A stretch of 63,323 nucleotides of DNA, counting the filler, from Octopus bimaculoides (Eukaryota), in NCBI RefSeq assembly GCF_001194135.2. It is 3 parts of 3 records of this genome, joined end to end, with 100 filler letters (N's around TTAATTAATTAA, not from the genome) between each part and the next. Parts side by side here need not be neighbours in the genome. Positions count along the whole stretch, not along the records: positions 1 to 23,178 come from NC_068983.1; 2 more parts are not named here. One strand, given 5' to 3'. The notes under the pieces were generated by a model, which saw only the letters and a program-made list of their open reading frames with translations, had not been told where the DNA came from and did no database searches. The position numbers were made by a program, and so were the translations under genes. Positions 1 through 12,454 of this stretch are shown here, one piece after another; positions within the stretch are counted from its first letter, which is position 1, and each line of letters begins with the position of its first letter.

Positions 1-50
<50 letters not shown>
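1..50. repeat. (AC)n microsatellite, representative of dozens of (TA)n/(CA)n/(TACA)n/(AAT)n/(GA)n tracts in the window
   Basis: Perfect AC repeat read directly. Other tracts at about 15365 (TAC), 21305 (TAG/TAA), 23010 (AAT), 35652 (CT), 44640 (CT). Confidence 0.99.
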
Positions 51-172
51 CCTGCCTTATATATATTCGGATTATATGAGCAATATAGATATAGTGTCAT
101 TGTAATAAACACTATAAATACTTTCATTTTTAATACAGCTAATATGACTAAATATATTGCATTTACTTTCAG

Positions 173-267
173 GAAATACATTTCTACGTAATGTAAACTG
201 CCTTCTGATTGTATCAATGCTGACAGTTTTATCTACATTCAGCAAGGAACAAGGAATTATGACAATG
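173..267 (+). CDS. TMTC: TMTC-family O-mannosyltransferase internal exon (phase 1 to 0): NTFLRNVNCLLIVSMLTVLSTFSKEQGIMTM
   Basis: Acceptor atttactttcag ending at 172 and donor gtgagt at 268. The hydrophobic helix ends in the TMTC signature KEQG(I/V)T. Paralogue (TMTC1-4) not determinable. Confidence 0.85.
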
Positions 268-980
268 GTGAGTATTTTTAATAGCAAAAAGAATTTTTGC
301 TTCAGGACCCCTGGAGCTATTCAATACTATCACAAAATATAATCGACTGTTCTAATCCAGGCCACGTGCCTAATATTGTTGTATGCATAAAAGCATATTC
401 CAACACATTTGATTGATTTGATTCTTAGAGATCAGAACAACATTTAAAAAATTAATATTGGTTTGTGACATAGGCACAAGGCCTCAGATTTGCTACATTA
501 GAACAGTCAATTACATGACCTCAGTAATTACCTGCTCTTTATTTGATCGATCCTGAAAGGATAAAAGGCAAAAATGACCTGAATAAGATTATATTATGAA
601 ATAGCATTATAGACCTTGCTGATATTTGTTTCGGATCATTAGCCTGTGTTCTAATCACTCCAAGATTAACGTTTGCATTAATTAAAGAAAGTGCCAGCAA
701 AGTAGTGGAGTGGGCCGATTTAAATGTATAATCCTTCTACATCGAATATATGATTTTGAGCAACAAAAATCAATATAATGATGAATATCTTAAGCAGAAG
801 GTCCACCAATATCGAGTGGCTTCATTGTAGTGGATAATGTCAACCCCAGTTATTAACATCCATGTTTCTAATATTCATTCTAAGGATCTCTTACCGAAAT
901 TAATACAATTATAACTCTCCTTTAAAGACCCTGCTACACCGAAGAACACATTGAAGAAAAAAACAATGATATATATATTT

Positions 981-1328
981 TCTTTTATTGTTTTACTTGT
1001 TTGAGTTATTTGACTGTGGCCATGCTGGAGCAACGCCTTTAGTCGAAATAATCGACCCCAGGACTTATTTTTTGCAAACCTATTACTTATTCTATCGGTT
1101 TCTTTCGCCGAACCGCTAAATGAGGGGGACGTAAACACATCGTCACCGGTTGTTATGCGATGGTGGCAGTGGTGGTGGTGTGAGAGGGCGTCAAACACAG
1201 ACACACAAACATATACATGTATACAGATATACGACGGGTGTCTTTCAATTTCCGTCTACCAAATCCATTCACAAGGCTTTGGTCGGCCCGCGTCTATAGA
1301 AGACAATTGCCCGGGACCATGTGGTTAG
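981..1328 (-). mobile_element. tRNA-derived SINE, family A (CORE-like CCTTGGGCAAGT body)
   Basis: Alignable by eye to copies at 14789, 30825 and 45235 (ggccatgctggagca, gtctaccaaatccactcacaaggctttggtcggcc). Confidence 0.8.
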
Positions 1329-3255
1329 GGTTATATATGTTCAAGACATTAGAAATAAGAATGGAGAAACTGACATACTCATAAACTTTTTATAACAGTA
1401 TTGTATACAGTATATCCATTTTGAATCTCTGTCCGACACATGATTCTGCTGCATAAATATCCCAAGACGTGGCATCCATTCGCATCATGTTGGTTTAATT
1501 GCATCATAAGTTCATCCAAGATATATGTATCCATGCAACTTTATTCAGGATGCTACCACTACGGACTTTTGAAGTGAACTGAAGAGTTCAGTGTTTGATA
1601 GTTTTATTCTATCTATAATTTAAGTTGTAGTTGTGTGTTTAGTGTAGAAGATAACAGAAGTTGTGAAATACGATATGACAATAACGTCTGTTATAATTTA
1701 CACCTATAGTGAGCCTGAAGATTTAGTACTCAAAGAAGGGCTCATTAGGCCAGGATATGTTTTGCACACAGGCCGCATAACACACAGATAAAACAAAATT
1801 TCTGGATAAATAGATAGATTAAGATTAATTAACAAAGTACGAACTGAAAGGAAGATAAGTTTTCTAAAACAAATGTGGAGAGGAGTTTACATTAAGTCTG
1901 CTAAAATCTAAATCTAGTAAATTTACAATTATAGTCTAAGCAATTTTTCGTTATAATCGTATGCAAGTAATACTCTATTAAATATTTGTCTATGGGAAAT
2001 ATTCAAACAAGAAAAAGGCTTAGTAGTTGGAGAAGACCTCATTAAGTCAAGGTTTGCTTCATCCACAGACCATATCAGGTGAAGATAGAAAGAATTTTAA
2101 ATGTAAATAAATAAATTAAGAGGAATTAAGAGAGTTGGGAACTGAAAATAAAAGAACAAACTAAGAGTGAGATAAAACGGTAGTTTATTGTTTGCTGTTT
2201 TATTATTAAAAGCTAACTATTGAAAATGCACAAGTTTTGTCTAGGTAATTTATCGGTGTACCATTATGTAAATAATATCTTCAAGCATAGATTACATTTC
2301 AGGCTCCCAATTTTATCAGGTAAAGTCATACTAATTATTTCCCGTTTAATAGCGAGCTTTGTGCTTCTGCCCAGGTTGTACCATACATTTCATCTCGATC
2401 ATTAAAAATAAGTACATGGTCACTTGACCTTTGCTTAAAGCTAGTAGCCCATGATCATATGTAATAATGCGGAATTCCATCTAACTAGCAGTATATCTAT
2501 AAACTGTGATTTTTGCTCAAGCATTGCTCGTTACGAGAACATATTTTGTTACGACAGCTACAAAGATGTTGAATAAGTACAAAGGTGTTGAATGAGATCA
2601 ACACTATGTCTTGCTACTAGAACGCAGGTCAGGAACTTCGTTTATATTACTTATTATCCCACCAGTTTAGTAGTTTGAGTATAAGCTAAATTCTGTGTAT
2701 TACTCAGTTCAGTATTCACTACAGTCAATTCTAATGAGTTTGGTATGGGATCAGTTATCTCCCTTCTAACATCTATTGTAGGCTCATTATTGTTTTCGCT
2801 CGCATTGTTAGCCAGTCCGGTATTTATAATCTCCCCTAGGTATATTTCTGTTATTTAACACAACATGTGCAAAGTTTGTGCCCAGAGGAGGAGCTACCGA
2901 ATCATACATGCTGCAAGATCTTCCAGATTGTTGTAATCAGTATGGTTGATGCTCAGCAGTAAATTCTCCACACTGAACGTTAGAGAGAAAAATGCGGAAA
3001 TAGCAGTTAAAGCACATTTGACGCACACCATATTACTGTATGGTATGTGTCGAGTGGGATTTGGCTGGTGAGGGGCAGATATGTTATATAATATATCAGA
3101 TGGCAAGGTAAATTAGGTTATATGAAATAAAAATGATGGTGATAATGTTCCTGTTAAAGATTTCTTTCAAGGCATTTAGTCTAGTAAATCTTACTATGTT
3201 TTTATATTACATGGGATATCTATATAAAAGATTGTTAATGTCCACTATATTGCAG

Positions 3256-3453
3256 GGCGGCGAGCCAGCAGAGTCATCAACCGGGTGAATTGCTTAGTGG
3301 TATTTTGTACGTCTTCACGTTTTGAGTTCAAGATCAACTTTGCCTTTTATCCTTTCGGGGTCGATAAAATAATTACCATTTAAACACTGGGGGTCGATGT
3401 AATCTACATATCCCCTCCCACGAATTTGCTGGCCTTATGCCAAAATTTGAAAC
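3256..3453 (+). mobile_element. SINE family B (ggcggcgagc...gagttcaa...cctttcggggtcgataaa...ggccttgtgccaaaatttgaaac)
   Basis: More than 10 recognisable copies in the window, at about 470-590, 21400, 28530, 29385, 29545, 31910, 39055, 39630, 52330, 58820 and 60465. Confidence 0.8.
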
Positions 3454-4431
3454 CAAAATTTACTGTATTGCGTTAGACTACTTCCGTCTTATGATGCTAT
3501 AATTATATCTAATACCGATGATGTCGATTGATAGGGATCTTTCCTAAGCCGAAGAAGACGATATGTTGGGCTGTCAATATCTCTAAGCATGTATATTTCA
3601 CGAGCCGAGTCGCTCGCGCAGATATAACCACAATTGAAGCCTTGAACATCGCTTTTTGAGACAAGAGTAGTTGCTTTTCTACATTTTCCATAGCTTGTCT
3701 TGAAGCATTGTAAGCCTCACTCCTCTGGCATGTCTCAATTTCTTATAATTTAGATACTCTATGCAATTTATTTTTCCTCTTCCAGAATAATATAGCATGT
3801 GTTGAGAGAGATTTGACTAGTACTTAATTTTGCCTATGAGGCTCAAGCTGTAGAAGTTGAACTTGAGCATCGGCCATATCGGTTTTATCAATTTGAGAGG
3901 TGTTGCAAAATTATGGTTGTGTATCTCCATCTCGAAACACGGTATAAAAAAGCCTGGAGGCTTGTGCTTTAAATTTCTTCTATACTACAGTAGTTTTCAT
4001 GTATTTAGTTGCTAACCACATGAACACACAAGGTCTGACTCAAGGTCTGACTCAAATTTTATCCCCTTCACATTAGACTTGAGCTTGTTTTACACTTCTC
4101 TTCTGAGTGACCCTTGGCACGACTTCCCCGTCCAAACTCTGTAAAATAACTCTTGTGGTAACCACATATAAATCCGTGGACGTAGTATTCCATCCTTGAT
4201 TTGTCAATGTTTCTACCCATTACTTTGATCGTAATTATGAACTTACAGCCAAGCGCTACACACGTGTGTGTTGTGTGTGTATGTGTGTATGCGTATATAN
4301 NNNNNNNNNNNNNNNNNNNNNNNNNNNNNNNNNNNNNNNNNNNNNNNNNNNNNNNNNNNNNNNNNNNNNNNNNNNNNNNNNNNNNNNNNNNNNNNNNNNN
4401 NNNNNNNNNNNNNNNNNNNNNNNNNNNNNNN

Positions 4432-4506
<75 letters not shown>

Positions 4507-5344
4507 TGTGTGTATGTACGTTTTATATACATGTTGTTTTATATTCGGGTGAATATTTCGTATTTAGATAGTATTCCTATTATAATCTCTTCGATGCAAG
4601 TTTTGCATTTAATATGATACATCGGACAAGATATAAAGCTACTGCGCACGTTTATTTGCAATGAGATATCACCTTATTTAACAGTTATTCCATTACTGAA
4701 TATCCACAGCTGGATTGTTGTTTATTGAAATCCGTCTCGTGAATAGTATCAAATTGTGACGGTTACCTACGGATTCTAACTAGCTTGTAATTTATAATCC
4801 CGTTCCATTGATGTGATTAAATGTAAATATATACAATATAACAAAGTATCACTGTCCGTTTACTTTCTTGCACGTTATCTAAACGGCGGTTACATCTGTA
4901 TTTATTTGTAGGAGGTGAACATAATGACAAATCACGAGACGGTAACATGCAATATATCGAAGTAAACGAGAATCGACTAATAGCTTTTGAATATTTAAAT
5001 ACTTGAAGCATATATTGCCGTGAGTTACGCCATTACTATAAGGGTGACGAAGACGGTATTGACGTTCTTTACAATTACAATATAGCTGACATTTCATAAG
5101 GATATGATAATGAGGTTATTGGCGATGATAGCAATACAGCGATTACAGCGTTTGTGATTATATACTGACAGTAATAAAACAGTTAAGCAAAATAACAAGT
5201 CTAAATGTATTTGATAGAAGGTAACATTTAGTTTTTATTTGGGTTATGAGAATATAATTAAATGCGGTAGAATACTTTATATGTTTTTTAAATATATTCT
5301 TAGGAATAAATAATCTAGATGTATTGAAAATGTCTATTTGCCAG

Positions 5345-5467
5345 GTTATATGTTCACTGTATGATATTGTACTTCATCAGTCGGAAATAACGTCAAGTTT
5401 CCGTCAAATTTGGCCGAATGTGAAGTATTCAACGAAAGTCAAAACGAAACGAATAAAAGAAAATTTA
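5345..5467 (+). CDS. TMTC: TMTC exon (phase 0 to 0): VICSLYDIVLHQSEITSSFRQIWPNVKYSTKVKTKRIKENL
   Basis: Acceptor tctatttgccag and donor gtaagt at 5468. 123 nt with no stop. It starts with the (G)xCxxYD motif that follows KEQGITV in TMTCs. Too short to appear in the ORF track. Confidence 0.8.
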
Positions 5468-7245
5468 GTAAGTTAATAATAACATTTTCCAGTTCCTAGT
5501 ACGATTAATATATATTTGTTTTACCAGACAGTAGTAAAAATCTATGCACAATCAATCTCAACATTTGCGTGATCTTTTTAGAACAACATCCAATGATGTC
5601 AGTATTGATGAAACTGCCAGAACCTTCACACATTAATGGAATCGAAAATATACAAGATGGTGACTAAAATGATATTATGTCAGCCCTTTGATGCTTTGAT
5701 CTTTGAGGGATTGGTTGAGTTTCCAACTAATGTGCAGCTATTACTTTTTTGATTTTTGTCTTATGTTCGTTATTTTAGATTCAATGAAAAATATAAACAT
5801 CAAACATTAATAGTAAGTATTGTGTTGTACTATCACCGAATCTATGCACTTTTATGCACTTTTATGAATTCAGGCTAAAATAATTCAAAAATAAGTTTTT
5901 TCTTCATATCATAAAGTCAGATGTATGCTAGCGTATTTATCCCTGACGGTTAGCAACGCTCCAAATGTTGACCTACTTTCTGAACATTATTCGATTTAAA
6001 ACATATGGAACCAAAAATTTTGTGTATGCTTATGACTTGATTGAATCGAAGCATTGGGCATATATAAGAATAATTGATGAAATTCCTAATTCCTAGGTTT
6101 GCATTAAGGTAGCGTTTTTTTTTTTTATGAAGGATGGTATGAAAATTTATTTTTATAATATGAAGATCAAATACTATTTGGAAAAAAGTGGTTATCAGTT
6201 TTTATCAAACGACTTGTAGATATTAGTATAATATCCACGATCTAGAGCTTACATACCCTGTTTCCTCCAAAAGATCCTCACTAGAAATTTACATTGCACT
6301 ATGCTTAAATACTCATGTAACGAGTATAGAAAGTGGTTCTTTCAACCTGCATGTTAACATTGGAACAGTAAAATAAACATTTTGACTTAAAAAGAACAAG
6401 TATTCAACAGAAAGACTTGCTATATATATATATATATATCTGTTTGATATGAATACATAAAATGATGCCTGTCCGCTACTGAAGAATAGTTATATGGTTT
6501 AGAAGTTATTCATATTAGAGAAGATATTTCTGTTGTTTTATTTGACGGATATTCTAAATAATGATTTCTTGCCTTGTGTATGATAATGATTTTCTTTACA
6601 TCTGAAATATATTAAATGATAACATAAATGATAACAATCATACAGCCTTGTAGGCATTCTCTGAATGTAGCATCATAGTTTTAATGATACGATATAGAAA
6701 TAATATCACATAGCACCCGTACAAGTCAGCTACTGAAATGTAACTTCTTTACAAGAGCAGCTAGTTCAGTTGAAAAACAAATTTTAGACGGTAGCAAAAA
6801 ATATTGTAACATTAGCTTCCCCCAACACCTCACTATCATTAAAAGAAATTCATTTACTGCAGTTTCTCTTGGTTTCAAAACTATAAACGGTGGAATGTAA
6901 TTAAAAACAGTGGAATGTATTTCAATATTAAATAAAGAACATAACTTATAATTATATATGTAATAAAATAGATATTAAATTTCCAACAAGAATCAAGTAC
7001 TTATAAATTTACGAAATTGAAGAAAATTCTTATCATAAAATATTGGCACATGCTTACACACAAAATGTATGTACATTGAAAAGCATTGAAATTTATAAAA
7101 AAATGATTAAAAATTTTTTTGTTGAGAAATTTGTTAGATTAAACAAGCAACAAATATATTTGCTATGTAAAATTCTTCAAGATTTGTGTAACATACACTT
7201 ATTTTCTTTTCCGTTATTTTAAAGAGCTTCGCTTTCATGAGAGAA

Positions 7246-7289
<44 letters not shown>

Positions 7290-10200
7290 TGAGAATGAGA
7301 GAGAGAGAGGAGAGAAAGTTTGTTCTGTAGAAAATGATTGGATGTATATGTGGGTGTTTGTGTATGAATGGGTGAGTTGAGATGTGCACGACTGCGTGTT
7401 TGTGGTGCATTAATAGTAATACAGGTATGATAGATGGTTGGTATTAATGTGATGGCAGTGTACTCCAATAGGTGTGACACGTCACCTGCTGTTGGTGTCA
7501 TGGGGTTGGGAGGAGGTATGTGCTTTGCTGCACCATGTCGGTTTATTACATGTTGGCACATATTAGTAACTAGTTTCAATGAACTTTGTCATATTTTCTC
7601 AATTGTACTTTATTCTATAGATTGTACTTTACTCAAGGTATACTTGAGGTATATTCGAACTCGTCAGAAAGACATTCACTGTGTTTTGTCATGGAGTAAA
7701 ATTTCTCGCTGTAAATAAATTGTGTAAATGACAATAAAAAAAAAAACAGGGTCATTTTAGACAATTTAGTCCGAAGTAGACTAAGTCTATAATAATGACT
7801 AGTTTTTCATAGCTGGGACGCATTCGATCAATAATCTATTCGATTGGAGTAAATATAGGACTAAACAACAATAGCACTGTTAAAAGCCTAACCCATGATA
7901 GATCACTTTTGCGGTCGTTCGACGTAATAGTGGTAGCCATATTTTGTCCAAATCACAAGAGAACACCTTCTAGAATAACAGTGATTACAACTGGAACACT
8001 TTGAGCATTGATTTTTCCACTCAGATACACAGGCGGCTAAACAAGTTCAATTGCAACAGTACTTCAGCACAATAACCAATTTCTCCTTACTCACAATTTG
8101 GCATCTTGAAAAAACTATAGACGCATTCGATGAAATAGTCTTATATGTACTGAATTTGAATAAAATATTCAATTTTTTTTAATGCAGTACTCATATACAG
8201 CTAAACAACTACAAAATCACCAACATTTTCAAAATTCAAGGCGGTCTCTATATTGATATTTCAACTAAATCTTGTAAACAACTTATCACTACTTTTTGAC
8301 ACTAGAATGTGACATCTAAAATAAGGATAGACTAGTCGTGTGTATAAATGTCACTTTTTTTCTCAGCCATCGGAGCGCAAAGCGCTCATCATGACTGCAG
8401 ATCAAGGAGAGGGTTATGACTTGTAAACAATTTTGAGTAGGAACCGGAAAAAGAAGTATGAACACACAATGCACGTCACATCCGGCTTTATCTCGCTGTT
8501 TCAATTATGCAGGTAACGACTTGTAACCACTCTTATTACACTCCTATTACTGTCCTGCCAAGATATTGGGAACATAGCACTTACTAACTACTGTGCTCGT
8601 AGTTTCTGCCATTTTTATGTGAACCACTTCGTTTTCCCATAATTCTCTGAAAATAGCAGACGAATTTCATAGAATCCCAGATGCAAAACTTGTCTTTTTG
8701 TGAGGGACTCGAGGTGCAATAATTTTAATAACTACAAGCAACCAGTAGATATTGATATATTTTATATATATGGCGTATTAACTCAAAAATCATGTAATAT
8801 TCTCAATTCTTTGCCAGTCCAAAAACAATTATTCATTAACATTACAGCAGATATTAATAATATTCATCTGGTGTTGTCTGTTTGTTGTCCCTCACAACTG
8901 GGGATATTGTTCATAAATTGAAAAGTTTCAGTTCAACTGTTAAATCTCTCAACCCACCAGCAGTTGGTGGATTTGTCACCATTCCCACGGCCAACTTATG
9001 TCACATCAATGACTCTCTTATAAAATCTGGTGTTCTTAAAACAGCTGAACTTGAACTCGAACAGCAAAGATTAAGCAGTTTGTTATATGACTTAAATAAA
9101 AATATTAGAAATTTAAATTCTACATTATTGAGTTAAGGGATAGATTCATGCCACCGATTGCTAAAGATTGCTAAAGACAAAGGATCAGGTGTACCAGTGA
9201 GACATCACATAAAATATAGTTTAACAACTTATATTATGGTCTGCATGCTATATCTGGCACCACTATCACGTAGCTTTGCTGCAATTTTCTTGTTTATGGT
9301 GTGTGTGGTAAACTAGACCCATGCGTTTTATATATGTTAGATCAATGCTAACCAACGACACTAATCATCACTATATAATAAACTTTTCTTATGGCCAACA
9401 GTAAAGTTTGATTTAAAAATTGTTATTGATGTTACAATAATTGAATTACATATGGCAATAGTGCTGAAATGCACACTGAGTCTATATAATTTAGTGTACC
9501 CATTTAACTCTTGCAGTTCCTCAAATTTGAAATATAAGCTAAGGGTCCAATGTCCAAACATCATAATGTGAGTAAATCAAGTGCGGAAAAGTTTAAGAAT
9601 TAGTCAAAAGAAAAAAATATCTGCACAGTAGCATTACATTCAATGAAGTTCTTTTTCTTCAAGCATACTTGTAGTACTTTTGTGAATAGATCATGTTAAC
9701 GAGTAATACAAAGATCAATACGATAAAACGTTTACAAAAGAAGATTGAAGAAAATTTGCGTTTTGAGACTTCCATTTGAAAGAAAATGTATTTACCCTTT
9801 TAAGTAATAAAATTGTAAGTGTTATCTATTTAATGTTGTATCATTAATTTGATTTATGATCACCTGAATGTACGTGTTGCTTTTCAAGCGACATTCATGC
9901 CTTGGAAACAATTTAAATTTATTACTTATCACCTTTGAAATTCTCTTTACTGAATATACATACACGACTTTCAGTTCAGCGAACATAAAACTGTATTCAT
10001 GTTATTTATGTTTTAATTTTTGATTGGGACGTTGGTGAGAAAGCATATATGTGTTAAATACTCTAATATGTTGCTTTTACTTTTCATGCGCAAAAGAATA
10101 CTACGCACATAGTCTATACATATATGCAAGCATATCTATAACTGCAATATGTAAATGTATGTATGCATCTATGTATGTATGTATATATATATATATATAT

Positions 10201-10592
10201 ATATAATGATAGATCGCTAATCACTACACACATTTCTTTCTCTCCTTGTTTCTTTCTGTGTTCCTTTCTGTGGAAGAGCGTAGGCTCGAAACGTTAAAGA
10301 CTTNNNNNNNNNNNNNNNNNNNNNNNNNNNNNNNNNNNNNNNNNNNNNNNNNNNNNNNNNNNNNNNNNNNNNNNNNNNNNNNNNNNNNNNNNNNNNNNNN
10401 NNNNNNNNNNNNNNNNNNNNNNNNNNNNNNNNNNNNNNNNNNNNNNNNNNNNNNNNNNNNNNNNNNNNNNNNNNNNNNNNNNNNNNNNNNNNNNNNNNNN
10501 NNNNNNNNNNNNNNNNNNNNNNNNNNNNNNNNNNNNNNNNNNNNNNNNNNNNNNNNNNTAAATGTATGTATGCATCTATGTATGTATGTATA

Positions 10593-10625
<33 letters not shown>

Positions 10626-11220
10626 GCATATACATTTATTTATATGCGTTTGTGTGTATATGCGTGTTTGTATGCGCGCATGTGAGTGTCTGCGTGTATA
10701 CGTATGTAGCCGCTCTTCATTTACATTCTTTTTTTTGTAAACACGCGAAGGACTCTCAGATATTCATACGCATGCACGTACATACATAGATGCATATCTA
10801 TCTATCTCTATTCTATGTATATACATACATGTGTTGTGTGCATACATACATACATACATACATACATACATAAATACATATACATGAATATTCCATACAT
10901 ACGCAGAGACATACACACACACACATACGTATACATTCTTATATGAAAGAACAGAAGAGAAACGAGATTTACTTTGTCATTTTATTATGATTTTATTATA
11001 AAAAGATGAGCTAAATTGTATTCTGCCTTCGAATATGCACTATAATTTTCTTATATGTATATAATACCAAAATCAAATGAGAGGACGAATTACGTTTGAA
11101 ACCTTACTAGAATTTGGATATACTTTGATTTACCAGCAGTTCTAAGCATTGATTAACCTTTGTTATCTTATTCGAAATGTCAATTATTTAATACATACAC
11201 AAATATACATACACACATAC

Positions 11221-11516
11221 ATGGTGGTTGTCTACTCCTTAAACAGAGTTTGACCACCTCCTGCACCTACACCTTAGCCCTTTCATGGCGTCTGATGTGG
11301 CTTTTTAAACCAGTGTTTTGAAAAAACACCCACACAGATTGCACCTCTGATTTGCACTACCAATACCTGCAAGTAAGTTCTGCTCATTGTGGATCCTAAC
11401 ATGTCTTTTAAGACCCCCATTGGATTTGCAAACCCTCTGGCACACACCACATTCAAACGTGTGCACAGTCATATAATCAGAATAGCTGGGTGAGGTTTGT
11501 TTTCCATGGGTTCGCA
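11221..11516 (-). mobile_element. 3' end of an RTE-like LINE encoding tandem C2H2 fingers; second finger frameshifted
   Basis: FECGVCQRVCKSNGGLKRHVRIH is C-x2-C-x12-H-x3-H. Near-identical to 53493-53799 but carries a 4-nt deletion giving KTLV*. RTE assignment comes from the known C-terminal C2H2-like motif of invertebrate RTEs. Confidence 0.6.
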
Positions 11517-12398
11517 TACATACATACATGCATACATACATACTTACATACATGCATANNNNNNNNNNNNNNNNNNNNNNNNNNNNNNNNNNNNNNNNNN
11601 NNNNNNNNNNNNNNNNNNNNNNNNNNNNNNNNNNNNNNNNNNNNNNNNNNNNNNNNNNNNNNNNNNNNNNNNNNNNNNNNNNNNNNNNNNNNNNNNNNNN
11701 NNNNNNNNNNNNNNNNNNNNNNNNNNNNNNNNNNNNNNNNNNNNNNNNNNNNNNNNNNNNNNNNNNNNNNNNNNNNNNNNNNNNNNNNNNNNNNNNNNNN
11801 NNNNNNNNNNNNNNNNNNNNNNNNNNNNNNNNNNNNNNNNNNNNNNNNNNNNNNNNNNNNNNNNNNNNNNNNNNNNNNNNNNNNNNNNNNNNNNNNNNNN
11901 NNNNNNNNNATATATATATATATATACATACACATATATATGCATACACATACATATTTTTTGAAAGTTATTGCTACAGGTTATCTATAGAAACTAGAAC
12001 TAGCACTGAAAGTTATAATATTTTGTATCCGAATACGCCTATATAAACAATGCAACCGAAGATAGGAAAATAGTAATGGGTGTATATGTATATTTCAGAA
12101 GCTCTTACTTCTTCTTCAGTATCACATCCAAGCCATTAACCAACCACAAACACATCGCTTAGATATATATACACCAAATTTAGCGGCGTAACACAATTGG
12201 ATGTACCGATTCCATTTATTAGCACTTTCCTGGCAACTGATACGTACATCTAAATTGACGGTAGGGACACCGTATTTCGTTATGCAATTATAAATTACCA
12301 CCAAGTAACAGCTATAGGGCATAGTATTGATTTATAAGCATTTAATATGCTTATAAATACATACATACCTACATACACACATATATATATATGCAAGG

Positions 12399-12444
<46 letters not shown>

Positions 12445-12454
<10 letters not shown>

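Noticed and set aside
1710-1745. gagcCTGAAGAttt...aaaGAAgggctc hammerhead look-alike
   Set aside because: No stem III or NUH cleavage triplet, and only a weak A-U stem II.
3066-3125. Purine tract followed by TGTTAT, resembling a PPT and LTR start
   Set aside because: No second LTR, PBS or gag/pol motif found.
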